NCBI GenBank assembly: GCA_030295235.1
Contig: AP026140.1
Coordinates: 434,001-498,000, forward strand
Length of the DNA: 64,000 nt
Reading direction: 5' to 3'
DNA from: Fistulifera solaris
Taxonomy: Eukaryota
Shown in pieces: positions 10,988-24,761 of the stretch. How positions within the stretch are numbered: position 1 is the stretch's first letter; every line of letters begins with the position of its first letter. Under the pieces are notes generated by a model. That model had not been told where the DNA came from and searched no databases. It saw only the letters and a list, made by a program, of their open reading frames with translations. The position numbers were made by a program, and so were the translations under genes.

Positions 10988-13900
10988 TTACATGGTAGGG
11001 AGATAACATTCCCCTTCTGCTGAATGTGGTTTAAGATAGGCCCAAGTACAGCACTGCCTTTCGACAAGGTAGCAAACGATCCGATCAGAATCAATTTATA
11101 TTTTGCTCTGGTAATCGCCACATTGATTCGGCTGAGGTCTTCGAGCAGTCGTCCTGCTTTACATTTGGGATTACTGCGAACGAAGGAAACGACAATAGCG
11201 GGCTTATCACGTCCCTGATAGCGGTCAATCGTACTGACTTCCAGTCCGTCACTGCTGTGCTTTGCGATGACGCTGTCTTCCTGGAGTTGGTGCAGCTAAA
11301 AGAAAAAATAAGCTAAGACACAGCAAATACTAAGCACTACACTAAGTGCTCCAACTCAGACATACCTGTGCCCTGAACGGAGAAATTACACCGATAGACG
11401 ACGGTGGGAGACCACACGAAATCAAATCATCAACAACTTGACGAACAACTTGTACTTCGGTTTCGTTGATAATGGGGCTCCCTCTCGCTTTACCGGAAGA
11501 ACTCTCTAAGTCAGCATGTTTGTCTGGAAAAATGGTGTCGGTATTCAGGAAAACCAGAGGTAGAGAAGGATCAATAGCTGGCTTACGCCAAGCACTATTT
11601 GGCAAGCGAAGATGAGTACCTTCAATGAAACCCGGCAAATGCAACGTGGCTCTTGCCACTTGATCATTCCCGCATCTCATCTTCCCGTCGTAGACAAAGC
11701 GACTGCTCAACTCGCAGATATCAGTGTGCATACGATATTGGTAAGTTAATGGTGCGATCGACTCTGGATGACTTTCGGCTAGATGTTTCAACAGCGACAC
11801 TCCGAAGCCTGCAAAATAAGTGAGTCGATACCATGATGGAAGCATCCACTGTTGTCCTCTACACACAACCTACCTCCTTCTGCCGCGAGGTCACTAACTA
11901 CAAGAGGTGGAAGTTGTTTGTGATCCCCGACAAGCACGAACGAATTGGATGCCATGATTGCACCAAGCACAGCAGGTTGGCTTATTTGACCCGCCTCGTC
12001 AACAATAACCACATCAAACTCTTCCCCCCTGGAGCAGCGGGGACCTCGGTATTGAGAGTGCTGTGGCACCAACAATGCGAGCCGATCTAATAACATGTCG
12101 AAGGGATTCTACCCGAGGAGGAAGTTGATCCTGAGACTCCAAAGTCTGCGCAGCCGCCGGAGCCAAAATAGGATGAACCCCTGCATGACAAGATGATTCG
12201 AGACCAACTCTAATGACCGCAGAGGACGGACGTGCTGGGCTTGTTTCATTCACGCCTTTTTCAATTAGCTTGAGCAGAACGTTGTCGACAGCGGCGTGTG
12301 TATATGCTGTTATCAGAACGCGTTTTCCGTGCGCCGCAAGCAACCTGGCAACGAAAGTAATGATGGAGGTTTTTCCAGTGCCTGGTAGGCCTTGTATGAT
12401 ACTATAATCTTGCGCTGACATGACCTGACAAACAAACGATGTAAATTTAGACGGGCACCGTCCAACATCCGCATCTCATGTAGATTACCACCCTACGTAC
12501 CATTCTTGCTGCTGCTTGTTGATCCGGATTCAGTTCCGCATATTCAGCGGCGAGATCCATCAAGTCACAACCTGGGACCAACGCAGGAAGTTCAGACCCG
12601 CTCTTTTCAGGTGAGAATATTGAATGGAGAGAGGCTCGTAGTCTGGGAGCGCTTCGTCGAATCACTATGTCACGAAGGTTTTTTAGTCGAGCTGGAGCTA
12701 GCAACGTTTGTTTTCCCTGTATGTCTTGTCGCGTTTCCAATGACAGAAAATTGATTAGATTCCGCCGTAGAGTCCCAGTGCCACAAGCCACGTCGTCGCT
12801 GTCAATCCGAAAAACTAATGACTCGTCCGAGCCTACGAATCTTATCATCCGAGTAAGGTCGTCCACAGACGAGCGAACTTCAACTACATCGCTCGCTATA
12901 CGATGAATGAAACCCCTTACGATGTGCATTCGATCCTTCGACGACCTGTAATTACTGCAAGTTGTCACTCTGTCGACACTGATCACCGCATGAGTCCCAG
13001 GCTGGATGGAGAGATTCTGTAAGTTTTGCTGGCTGTGCATTGGTGTAAACTTAGATTTTCTGAAAAAGAGAACGGCGGATGACCCCTCCTTTCCAGCCCC
13101 TTTTGTTGATTTCGAGGCGTCGAATTGAAGACGAGAAATGCAGTTGCCAGAATTTGCTTCTCGCTTTTCTGACCGCTCTAACCAGGTCTCTGTAATCAAC
13201 GATCGACTGGCATCAGCTTCAAGATCGATCAACCGATCCCATCGAGAAAAATATTCGAGATCTTCAGGAAACAGGTGTCCTGTATATCGATTTACAAGAT
13301 CGCTGTGAGAATCGCGCGCGATGGAAGCGTCTGCCGAAATAGAATTGGCTCTCATGTAAGTCATGCACTCTCGATTTGAATAACACTTTTCGCAAGTAAA
13401 TCCGGATTGGAGCACTTCCGGGAGAGCTGTGGGAGTGGATGCATCCAGAAGCCTTAACTTTGAAATTCCTTCCGCTTCTGGAACAACTGTAAGACCACGC
13501 GGTCTAGAGACACGAGCTTGAGCACTGGCGACTGTATTTCGCACTCCGAGTAATGTCTTGAGATGCGGAAGCGCCGGTGTAGCGTGCACTGCACGCAGGT
13601 TTTCTTTATTCATATAGAGCAAAAGGCCATTGGGATCAGTATTTTGTTGAGTTCCGTATCGCATCTGCATCATTAGTAGATACAAGAGCAATTGAGCCAT
13701 ATGCGATTCGTGTGTCTTCTGGCTATGACCCGTCTTGAGCTCAACTCCAAAGAGACTTCGTCCTGCACGTCCTTGGTGAATGGTCTCAGCGTCAACAATC
13801 ATATCGATATTTCCTTTCAGTCCCAGCTCTGGAGATATACAGGGTTCCTCGATGGCCTCAACAGACTTGGCTAAGAACTGAACGGAAGGTTGGTCAAACA

Positions 13901-15743
13901 TGTTTCGAAGAATCGCTCCACCAGATCGGATGTTTTTCAAGTCTGTGTATTGTTCGGTAAAACTCATGAGCGTCGGAATGAATTGAGCAAGCTCACGGGT
14001 CGCCTCGCACGAGGATACGCCGCAGGCCAGAAGGCTCTCAGCGTGCTGTCGAACAATAAGATCGATGTGCGTTTCTGCTTCTTGTCGTGTAAAATGTTGG
14101 TGTTTGAGAACCTCTTCAAACAACTGGTGGCGCATTGTACCGAACAAAGGAGCCTTGTCTGTAATCGCGATGAGTGAGTATCACACGGAATCATGAGTGC
14201 TCTCACAGCCATCCAGCTACTTACCTGAAATACCGGTAGAGCCCAATCGATCTTTCAATACCGCGCGGCGGGTACAGGCAACAGCTTCACTGATCGTGGT
14301 AGGGGTCAGCAGCAGATCCGGATGGAAGATTACGACCATGTCGTCGAGCACATCCATGGTAGACAAGGTCAGAGGAAGTGCCGACACGTCCGTCCGGCGG
14401 ATCCCTGTCAGTGAACAAACATGGATGATATCTCCAGGTGCCACATCGGTTTGGTACCATTCACCTTTCAAGTAAATCAGGCCGTCTGCTGGCCATTGTG
14501 GCTCATCACGAACGCGAAACACGCCGTCGGAATCAGCTTTGTGTGCTTGTCTTGGATTCCAGTGGAGCATTTCTTCTTTCCACGCTGCGACAGAGAGTAT
14601 CAACGTAAAATCTCCTCTCGATTGATCTCTGGACACATTTACGACTTTGTAGCGTGAAAAGACCAAGAATCCGGGATTTTGTGGCTCCATAGTCATAGCC
14701 TGGTTCTTGGCAAGAATCTCCATATCATGCTGCAGGGCGGCCATCGCATTGTCGGGTTGCGATTGAGCTTGCATTATAAAGTCATCCATGGCATCGAAAT
14801 CGATATCGGGGAACTCTCCAAACAGATCTGTGTCTTGTGGGGGTGCACTGGACGTGTTATTGCCAGGTTTAGCAGCTGCTGATGGAGCGGGTATGTGACT
14901 TGACTGCGGTTCGTTGTTTGACTTGTTGAAGGGGAGCTTGTTCGTAGCAGTAGTCTGACGGGCTGGGACTGAAACGTTTGGAGGTTGTACGTTTTGAAGA
15001 TGGGTATTCGCAATAGCAGGCGAAAGTCGAGAATTGGAGATTGTAGCGGTTTTGTCACTCTGTTGTGACATAGTTTCTTTGCTCACACAAAAGGAAGCCG
15101 ATTGTGTGGCCTTGGATACTAGGGAATCAATTGCCTCAATATCATCTACGCTGAAGTTGAACTCATCAAACTCGTCCAAAGTATCTTCGGCTGTAGCATT
15201 TGGGCTTTGACACGATGATATCGCTTCGGAGGAAAGATTATTTGAAGGGACGTTCGAGCTTTCTGGAGAAGGTGTCTTTATTTGTTTCAGGATGTCGTCA
15301 AAGTCAGAGGTTCCGCTGATAGCGAGCGGTGTGCTTTTACAAGGATTGTCTCTAGTTTGAATTCGGGGGGTGAAAATGTTGTTGAAATTCTTTTCTTTCA
15401 GCTTTGCCATGATCGAAACTTCGCGACGCTGTCGTTTTCGGCTCTTGACGATGCCCGGAAAATGTGCGGTCGTATCCTTCAAGATAGTAATTTGGGACAC
15501 CAGATTTGGGTTCTTTTCAATGGGTAGCAACGGTCGCCGAACATCTCCCGGCGGACTCTCGTCTAGCAGCGGATCGGGCGAGTCAAAGTCCGCGACGCGT
15601 CGGACTGTCGTACTTTCGTTCCATTGAATGGTGTCTTCCTCTTGCGTGTGCGCGTATCCCGACACAGTTTTCGAATCTCTCTTCCCGATGGGTGTTGTTT
15701 CATCTATTCGAGATTCTTTCATATTACTGCTTCGATTCATCAT
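10988..15743 (-). CDS. DNA2: DNA2 nuclease/helicase, 5 exons, one frameshift near 12025
   Basis: '[23 protein letters not shown]', 'GLKGNID', 'ELKTG', '[10 protein letters not shown]', 'QGLPGTGKT', 'DEAGQ', 'GDHKQLPP', 'QYRM', 'TIDRYQGRD', '[10 protein letters not shown]'. GT-AG introns at about 14159-14224, 12425-12500, 11809-11873 and 11296-11365. Confidence 0.95.
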
Positions 15744-16529
15744 TCAAGTAATATCAGAAGACCAACATCTTTTCCATTGGATCTCTTCCTCATGCCATTC
15801 CAGTCAAAATGAGGCAAAAACAGTCTTCCGCGCAAAGTGCACCGTTTGAATGATCTTACGTGGGAACTGGTACGTTTTGTACGAGGAAAAGTCGTCACTT
15901 CGGCTGGCGCGCATCACAACGCCGGTCGGGCGAGAGGCTACAGCTAGCTTACAGTACATTCATACGGGGTGGTGGACGGACTGCGCGCTTTTGATTTTTC
16001 GTGAAATCAATCATCTTCGTGCTAAGCAGCCCCAAACAGCCTATCCTATACGTTTAATCACATCACACCATTCTAGATAAAGGTTTGATGCAAATGATGT
16101 GGTTCATGCTCCTCTGGGGAGAAGTACGAGGTGCGCGATGCGCGAAACAGCGCTTCTTTCGTCTCTTTTCAAAACATCCCTCCGATATTTACTATGCTGT
16201 AAAATGTAGCCGGGGTGATTTTCCGACTCAAATTTAATCCAGTCCCGGAAATTGATGTCAAAAAAATATTGCGCGCACACCGCATTTTTTTCTCGCCATC
16301 CCATTAATAATTCAATGTTATATTTTAAGTCCTATCCACCTTGTAGGTGCTTACACATTTAAGTAAACTGCTAGAACTGATTCAGACTGGTTGCCACAAG
16401 GACATCCGATTGGCTGGCCATTATTTTTTCGAGTGGAGCATCTCGAGCGAAATTCATGGATTCTGCAATGCTTTTTGAAGGAACGAATCAACATTGTCTT
16501 ATTATCAAAAATCAGTCACCTCAGAGACC

Positions 16530-17511
16530 ATGTGTTGGTCGCCAGGCGTTGTTTCCCGTGTGCTTCTCTTCGCATGTCTCCACTTTTACTTGACCCACAG
16601 CTTTACAGCATCGCGCACCGCCGTTCAGCCATTGAGAAACACCGTTCGAACTTTTGCAACTGAAGCGGCAGTTCAAATTGAAGGAAACATTACCATAGTT
16701 GCCAAAAGTGATGATTATTTGGTGGTGGATAAACCGCCTTCGGTTGTATGTCATCATTCCGAATGGACGGGGTCGCGCAGCCAGCAAGAAATCCCCATGC
16801 TGCAACGAGTCCGTCAGGCCGTGGGATCACGAATCAACCTCGTTCATCGTCTGGATCGTGTCTGCAGTGGTTGCTTGCTCGTGACGTACCAAAAAGACGA
16901 CGGCGATATGACGGCCATTTTTAGTCAAGCCATGGCCGAGAATGCGACCAAAACTTACATTGCGTTAGTCCGAGGCGAAGGTATTTTACACGGCGAAGAT
17001 TTGGAAACAAAAAGGATGGTTTTTAGTGGACAGGCCTATTAAGAATGAACGAGGCGTTCTACACGAAGCCAGCACTTGGTTTCGCTTTGTAGCTGGGCAA
17101 CCGGAAGTTGATGGCCAACCTCGGGCCTCTCTGGTGCTAGCCAGACCACGGACGGGGCGCTGGCATCAGATACGAAGGCATTTGAATGGCTTATCTCATC
17201 CAATTTTAGGTGATAGCTCTCACGGGAATAGCAAGGTAAATCAAGAATGGAGATCGCAACGCGGCATGCTCCCGGAACGAACCTGTCTCCACTTGGCCCG
17301 ATTGCAACTATCCACTGAGACTTTCCAAATTGACGCTCGATCGAATCTGGCGCCGGATATGCTTAAGTTATTGCAAGTTCATCTCCCGGCAGTTTTAGAA
17401 GAAGCATTGCCGCTTTTGCACGAAGAGGGAATAACACTTGTCGATAATGATCGTGAGGTTGAAATTCTGCCTTACACTATTGCCGATGAAACACAGCCAA
17501 ATGATATTTGA
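16530..17511 (+). CDS. RluA-family RNA pseudouridine synthase, probably plastid-targeted; frameshift near 17010
   Basis: 'LVVDKPP', catalytic 'VHRLDR', 'KTYIALVRG', 'TGRWHQIRRHL', 'HPILGD', 'CLH'. Leader 'VLLFACLHFYLTHS-FT'. Confidence 0.88.
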
Positions 17512-17569
17512 AGATGGCGAAGGTAATTTTTAAATGTTAAGAAGTCTTAAATGAGCTATGTATATCCTT

Positions 17570-18350
17570 TTATGCGGTCGCATTTATACATCTTTCGTGA
17601 CCACCACTAAGGAAAGCCACAAAAACGCCACACAGGCTAAGAATATTTCCGTTTGTCCACACAAAAGAAGACCAAACCCGCAACGATCGCGTACTTGAGA
17701 ATGACGCACTGTTCCATGAGTAATTCAAACGCTTCGGTCTTGACGGTTTTACGCGTGGTGGCATCGATTGCTTGGTTCAACTCGGCATTTTGAAGTTGTA
17801 GAACCATGTTTTGATCTTGCGCTTCTTGTAGATCCTTGAAAAGAGCTTCCATGAGATCATCCGAGGCTTCCAACTTATTGGTGAGAAACTCAACGCGTTG
17901 TTCCGCGTCCTCGAGCAAACCAGCCGTACTGCAGGATTTATCGGAAATACATTCGACTAGGACTAGAACTTCATCGACGGGAGGAACGTTGGCAGTGTGT
18001 GTCGTGGGCTGTGTGTCGACAGCTTGCTGGTCGTTGGCGGTCTTGGAGCGAGAGGATGATGTATCCGTCGAACCCACGTGCGTCCCCGAATGATAGGACA
18101 AGGCTCTGTTCCCGACTTCCTGGTTTTCTGAAGATACAGCGTCTCTGCGTCTTGTCCGAATGACATTGATTCTGCTCTGCGTTTTCGAAATTTCTCGTTG
18201 TAGATTTGCTAGTAAACTACCATGGTCCACGCGTTTCGGCGAGCTAAGGATTGTTTCTTGTTTCGGCGCACTTCCCATTTTATGCTCGTCATCCGCCGGA
18301 AGGTGCACGGTGATCGGTTCACCGTTAGTTGGTTCCGTGGAGCGGCCCAT
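17570..18350 (-). CDS. Hypothetical coiled-coil protein with C-terminal hydrophobic anchor
   Basis: 237-aa ORF with heptad-rich segments and 'YAIVAGLVFF'. A probable frameshift near 17660 extends the hydrophobic tail to 17570. Confidence 0.5.
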
Positions 18351-19103
18351 ATTTCAACTTTTCAGGAAAAAGTAGGCTTTAACACTTCCGGGATGAATTT
18401 GTAACGACTCGATCAAGCTTCCTACGTAACTTTTCTAAAATTGAAGATCGAGGGTGAGAATTTGAAATCGGAGCTGCGTCAGTTAGGAACAGAGAGTGGA
18501 GCATAATCTGCTAAACGGAAAACCCGAATACAGTTTCAAATACGTCGGATGAATCTCATGAATCCAGATAGGCTGAACCAAAGGAATTTGACTGGAACAA
18601 GATCGATGGCTATCTTCTTCCTTGAACGAATTAGATCGCTATACTCACAATTTTGTCGTTCCTCCTCTACAAACTTTGTGATGTTCTTTAAAGCGTTTAC
18701 AAGTAGATTCGATGAATGTCAGCGAAATTGATCTGCTTGTTGTAGACCGCGTCGCGCCTCCTTTTGTGCTTTATTGATGTGTTCTAGTGTTGGTGGTTGG
18801 AGGACGAGATGACTCTGATAAAAATTTGGCGGGCTTTCCGAACGTTTGACCAGTGTCATTATTTTGTAGATCGTGGAGTGAGAAACCGTTCTGATAAACA
18901 TAGTACATTTCCTTACTCAGCCAAACGGAAAAACGACAGAACGGAAATGACTACGTAAAGTTCGTGATTTAATGCGCTCGATGATTCACGAGCACGTTCA
19001 TTTTCGTCGTCGCTTCGCATGATGTTTTGATGGAAGGTAATAAAAGGTGTTCAAATTCAGACAGCAATCCTTCTTTTCGCCCCATTATTCTTCACATAAC
19101 AGA

Positions 19104-20153
19104 ATGTCACAATCTACCCGGTCACTGTATCGAGTCGTTTTCGCCGCCACACGAAAGTGCCATCTCTCCAGTGAAGCATCCGTCACGTACGCCTTTGATC
19201 GATCCTTCAAGCAATTGCAACGCGACAACGCCGCCCGTGCGGTGCAAAATGGAGCCACCACGACGCAATATCGTACGACTACTTGCGCGAGGAAATAGCC
19301 CGACGACTGGTGGATCGACTCGATGATATTCGGCGAGACGAAGGATTTTCTCTCGCGTTGGATTTGGGTTCCGGACCGGGTTACGTGTACCGGGCGATTT
19401 GTGCCGACGATTCTCTGCAGGGTGCAGGAGGAATGGGAGGTGTTCGGAAGCTCGTTCAGGTCGATTCGAGTGTGGAAATGTTGCATCGAGATGTTGACAT
19501 AAGTTTCGAAGGAAGTCATCGCTGTGACACGTATCGACTTCATGCCGACGAAGAATCGAAACTCCCCCTTTCCGGACGGTACATTTGACTTGGTCATCAG
19601 CTCCGCGTCATTGCATTGGATCAACGATCTCCCTTCGACCTTTGCGGAAGTACGGCGAGTCCTGAAGCCGGATGGATGTTTCATGTTTTCGATTATTGGT
19701 GGTACAACACTCTCGGAGCTGCGTGCCGCCATGGTGTTGGCGGAATTGGAACGGGATGGAGGCGTTAGTACGCATGTGGGACCCTTTGTCGAATTATCGG
19801 ACGTAGGAGCTTTGCTCCAGCGAGCCGGATTTGCGCTCCCGACGATCGATACCGATACGATTCATCTTGCTTTTCCACACGCCGGGGTACTCATGGAGCA
19901 CTTGCAACGGATGGGCGAAAACAATGCGGGAATCAAGCGACGCGACCGCACGTCACTGGATACTTTCCTTGCTACAGCATGTCTCTATGATCAACTCTTT
20001 TCAGTGGAAGGTAGCGATGAAATCGAAGCAAGTGTGCAGGTGATCTATGCTATCGGCTGGACTCCTCACGAATCTCAGCAACGCCCTCTGGAAAGAGGCA
20101 CGGCGACACACAAAATGACGGATATGGTTGACATAACGAAAGCGAGTACTTAG
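19104..20153 (+). CDS. NDUFAF5: NDUFAF5 (complex I assembly, SAM-dependent methyltransferase fold); frameshifts near 19285 and 19570
   Basis: 'AFDRSFKQLQRDNAA', 'YLREEIARRLVDRLDDI', 'ALDLGSG', 'FDLVISSASLHWINDLP', 'LKPDG', 'TLSELR', 'ERDGGVSTHVGP', 'LQRMGENNA'. Confidence 0.93.
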
Positions 20154-20253
20154 CGTAAAGTTACAGATATAGCAATGTAGACGCATCATTACTTCACTAA
20201 CGTGATTCAATTATATCCTACAGCAATACTTTCCCTAAAAAACAAACAGCAAC

Positions 20254-22066
20254 TTATCGTGAACCAACAGATCCGCCGTCCGCCATTTGGTAGTTGGAGC
20301 GGATAATTGTCCAAGTCAAGAAGCTTTCCGTGTCTTTAGAATGATTTTGAATTCGGTAACAGTTACCAGGTGGCACGCGGAAGATATCCCCGGGGTTCAG
20401 TAGAAATCTTGAGGCAGACTCGTGCTCCCATTCGCCTTCATTGACATCGGGGTCGCCGTAAGAGATCTCAAGGGCATTCTTCTGTCCCGTAACGACAGTG
20501 AATGTCTGTGCACAAGCGCCAACCGATTCCGGATCTTTAATACCTCCTGGTGGAAGAGTGAGATTCCCCATAATGTAGCTGGGGTATACGGGATTGCTGT
20601 CAGTGGAAACATTAAAAGCTTGTGACGCAACACCGACAACTTTGCCGTCCGATTTGTGACGTCTCTGCATCGGTAATTTTCTGGCTACCATGCGATCTTT
20701 GTAACCAACCACGGCTAAAAGAAGCAGAACAATCGATTTGTGAGAGCTAGTGTGGAGGTGGTTGGTGCAATCACAAATCAACTTACCCAAGTCGTCTGCT
20801 CGCTCGTAACAGTCGTCCCAGACGTATGCAGTATCACTATCAATGTATTTGTACTTCTTTTCAATTTGGAACTGTCAAATTCAGCTTCAGCTGGCATCGC
20901 TGCTTTCGAAGATACGGATTTTTTAGCCTTTGTATTCTGCTCTTGATGATTTGCAACAGGGACTTTTCTCTTCTTGTAAGGAGTCTTTTCCGCGATACGG
21001 TATGCTTTTACCACTGGCATCGTCTCCAAACCGTCAATGAGATCATCGTCAAAGTCATTTGGTACGTAATCAGCGCCCTCGTTCTTCCAGAACGCCAATG
21101 GGGCAATACGCATGCGTTTCGATCGACGAAGACCTTCCGCGGGCTCATCTTTCGGATCCGTCACAGGCACTACATGCTTGTAAGTCAACGGACCTGACTG
21201 CATGCCCTTTGGAGAGAATGTGCGGTTCTTAAGCTTCTTTTTCTGTTTCCTTTGAGGCTCATGTACTTCCGTTGTATCGTCGGACGCGGATTTCTGTTTC
21301 TTCTTTTTCTTTTTCTTCTTTTCTTCGGAAACTTCCCTGGAAGAGACAGAGGATCCCTTTGTTGATAACATTGGTGTTTGATGATCATCATCCGCCATTT
21401 GGAAACCGACTCCATCGTCTTCGTCGTCGGAATCGTTCATAGCAGGTGTGGTTGCCGGCAGTTGATTGGGTGTCTTTTCGACGGTAGCGGGAGAACGAGC
21501 CGGAGTTTTGGGACTAAGAAAGTCTGGACTTTCATCCTCCGTGTCAGAGTCGTTATCTGGCGCCGGTGGGATCATGTCGTCATCCATGTCCTCTTGCGTG
21601 ATCGGAAGATCGGCAATATCTTCCCCAATTTTTGCTTTGAGAAGCGGGGAAAAGTCGTCCTCTCCTCCGTGTTCCTGAAGAGTACGCCCGATTTCTTCAT
21701 CATCAAACTGCGCCACAGTCGTGCGATCGAGAGAAGGCGGGGCAGTCGATACCCTACTGAGTTCGGACGGGCTGAGTGATTGTCGTGTCGCGCGTTGGAG
21801 ACCCGAAACAAGTCGCGTTACATCGCCTCCATTCTCGGTGCTGTTTTTGCTGGAATCGTCGGGCCCCAAGGAAAAGCGCAACTGCTTCTTTTCCGAGTAC
21901 TTCGCTCGACTGTATATTGCACGGAATCCGCTTCGCCGTCTTGTGTTGCCGGCGGGGAGGTTGCCCCAGCGAACACATTGTCCAAGTCATCGTCATTTGA
22001 CTCAGGAATCTGGATTCCGGTTCGCTTTCCGCGCAGACTTCTCTGTTTTCCTGCTGCTGTCGCCAT
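20254..22066 (-). CDS. CENPC: Centromere protein C (Mif2/CENP-C); frameshifts near 21890 and 20855, intron near 20716-20786
   Basis: CENP-C motif 'LRRSKRMRIAPLAFWKNE' and C-terminal cupin 'GNLTLPPGGIKDPE...GDIFRVPPGNCYRIQNHS'. Confidence 0.88.
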
Positions 22067-22723
22067 CTTGCTTGATTATGAACCCGTCTGTCAAGAAATA
22101 GAATGATCCAATCATCAACTTTAAGCAATGTGCGAAAGCTGCCGTCGCTGTGTGTTCTGTTTTGCTGTTCTCCTGCGATGATCGCGTTGTAATCGAAAGA
22201 CGTTAATGTGCAAGTGCGGCGGCCACTGTGATGAAACCTGTAGCAACCGGTATTTCGTGAGAAATTTACTTAGACTTGTTTTCAAATCTTTATGATGCAG
22301 TCAAAAACGTACCTAAACACAAAATATCCTTTCCTACATAATGAGATATAGTCAATATTGATTTAGGCGTGCTTGAATCCTTAACCTTATCTGAATCATT
22401 ATCACGGTAAGGGCTACCAGTACGATTGATTAGTAGAGGAGCTATAAGGAGGTATAATATCAAGGAACAAAAGGGAAATAGGGTCTAGATCTACAATCTA
22501 GAAAGATGTCTCTATGATTACTCTTCTTAGCTTTGAGTAGTTTTATTGCAGAATATTTGGCCTTTCTAGCTCCGAAATCCTTTTGTGTTAAGACGCCCTG
22601 CAACTAACCTTACCAGGTAGTAGAGATTTTTGAAAATAAACTTCGTCAAGCAACGATGAATTCGACAAGTCGAAAAGCTTGACGATAACTCCATAGAAAT
22701 GCTATCTTTCTTTAATTACAATG

Positions 22724-23523
22724 CTAACTTTTTTTTTGATGTTTCTGTCGTAGTTTGGTTACGGTCTTTAACCGGCTTTCTCTTCCGAATGCACTTTGTC
22801 GGCGGCCATACCCTTCCTCTTCCTCGCCCATGGCCACAAAGTGCTTAGGGTTCAGTAATGCCTGTAGTAAACGGTCAGGATGCGGTATGTTCGAGCTATC
22901 TCGGAAATCTAACATTAACGGCGGCCACGATATTTTCGGATGTCGAATGGGGAGATAGCCTCGATAACTCGACAATTGATCCGCATAATCCGCCAGCACC
23001 TCTTTCGCTTCCGGGGAAGAAGGATTCATCAGACTCGTCGTATTGTTTGTCACAGGAACGACTGCGGTCGGTCTCGTGGCCGGCAGCACCCCCAATAGAG
23101 CATGCGTATAAATGCGAAACTGTGCCGGCTGTTCCTCTCTGGCCGCTCGAAACGTCAAACGCGACACCAGTCGCTTGGGCCAGGCAAAAAGATCACTTGC
23201 AAACCGGCGGCAAAGATCGTACCGGTCACACCCAACATTGGGTCGACGTACAACTCGGGAATGTTGGCCGCATTGACCGCGGGCACAAAATCCGTCGTGT
23301 ACCAGATCCAGTAAGCGGTATGAAAGCTGGAAAACCCCAACCCCGTTCGAATGAGAGTGAACTGTTCGTTGCCGCGTTCAAATAATAATAGTTCTTCTTC
23401 GTCTTTTCTTGGAGAAGATGAAACGAAACGACACGTGGAATCGACAGCAGGGGGAGTTGATTTACGAAATGTAGGGTGGATCGGCTGGCAGCGAAGCACA
23501 CGTGAACCTAAAGACCTTAACAT
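22724..23523 (-). CDS. Hypothetical protein with mitochondrial-type leader and two hydrophobic segments; frameshift near 23190
   Basis: ORFs 23155..23523 and 22724..23167 overlap and read as one protein. R/S-rich N-terminus. Confidence 0.5.
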
Positions 23524-23943
23524 GATTGCGATCGTCAGTGCAGATGATCCAAGTGGTCATTTAGTTTATCACTTGTTTTCAATGATGAATGATGAATGAT
23601 GATGCGATGAACACGTGTTTTCCATTTTTCGCCTAATCATTCTTCGTCATTTTCTTTCCAGTAGGCTTAGGGTTATCAGTGTTTTTCGTCCGTCGTCCGT
23701 CGAATAGACACAGGAAGACACGCGAATGCATCACAAATTTTCTACGGAGAATCTGGTACATTTTCTACAGAGCCTGCGCACTTTTCCGCTTGAAGACAAA
23801 AAAGCATGGTCACACGCGCGCCTATTTTGCGGTGGCGTTTTCATCTCCGCCCTGTTGCCGTTGCCGTGCAAACTATTACCAGGTATAACTATAACGGATT
23901 CAATCGCATTGCTCGACCTCAAAGACATTTTTAGAAAGCAAAT

Positions 23944-24688
23944 ATGGCCGATAGTACCGATGAAGAAGAATTCAAGGGTGACGAGGAATCATCCAATGAC
24001 GACGCACCCTTGTCGAGTTTAGCCCGATCGGCCAAGCGATCCGCACCCAATTATAAGGAAGGAGACGATGATGAGGGATGATGACGACGACGATGTTCCG
24101 TTATCGTCTTTGATACAAACAAAGAAGTTGGAAAAGAAAACAGTCGTGGTCAAGAAAAAAGAACCCGTTTCTCCGAAAAAACGCAAAGTATCCTTGACTC
24201 CCGCCCCCAAGGCACCGAACACCAGCAATAAATCGTACGAATTTGCTTCGGCGGCCTTGTACGGCATGGAATCCGCGAAAGGACTGTTGATTCAACGATT
24301 GCTGTGTCGTTGGTGGTACGCCATGACGTGGCCCGATCCCGCGCAGTTACCGGCCAAGCCACCGGCCGGGTACGACTCCTTGGAGGGGTTTCCTGGCGTG
24401 TACGTACGGACGTCCGGGGAAAAAGTGGGCTCTTTGAAAGATGTTCGGGATTTGCAAAAGGCTCCTTCCTTTCTCAATTTTGCAAAAAAGCCGGCGGAAG
24501 AGTTGCAAGCGTTGTTGAAACAAGCCTTGTTGAAACAAAAGGAAGAATTGATTCAACATGAGGGAAAGGGGACGGCATTAGAGAAAGAACTAGATGCCTT
24601 GTTGAAATGGACTGAGAAAGTGAATCCATCCAAAGCCGACAAAGACGCACAAAAGATACTGAAAGCACAAGGACTTTCCTTGGATTAA
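23944..24688 (+). CDS. Hypothetical protein with acidic/basic N-terminus; frameshift near 24060
   Basis: ATG at 23944 (MADSTDEEEF) is out of frame with ORF 24068..24688, which contains 'LIQRLLCRWWYAMTWP'. Confidence 0.6.
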
Positions 24689-24761
24689 TCAAGACGAATA
24701 ATTAGACGTGTCTTTCTCCTAGTTAACAAGCGGGTGTTATGAAATGTTTTAGCTATGTGTT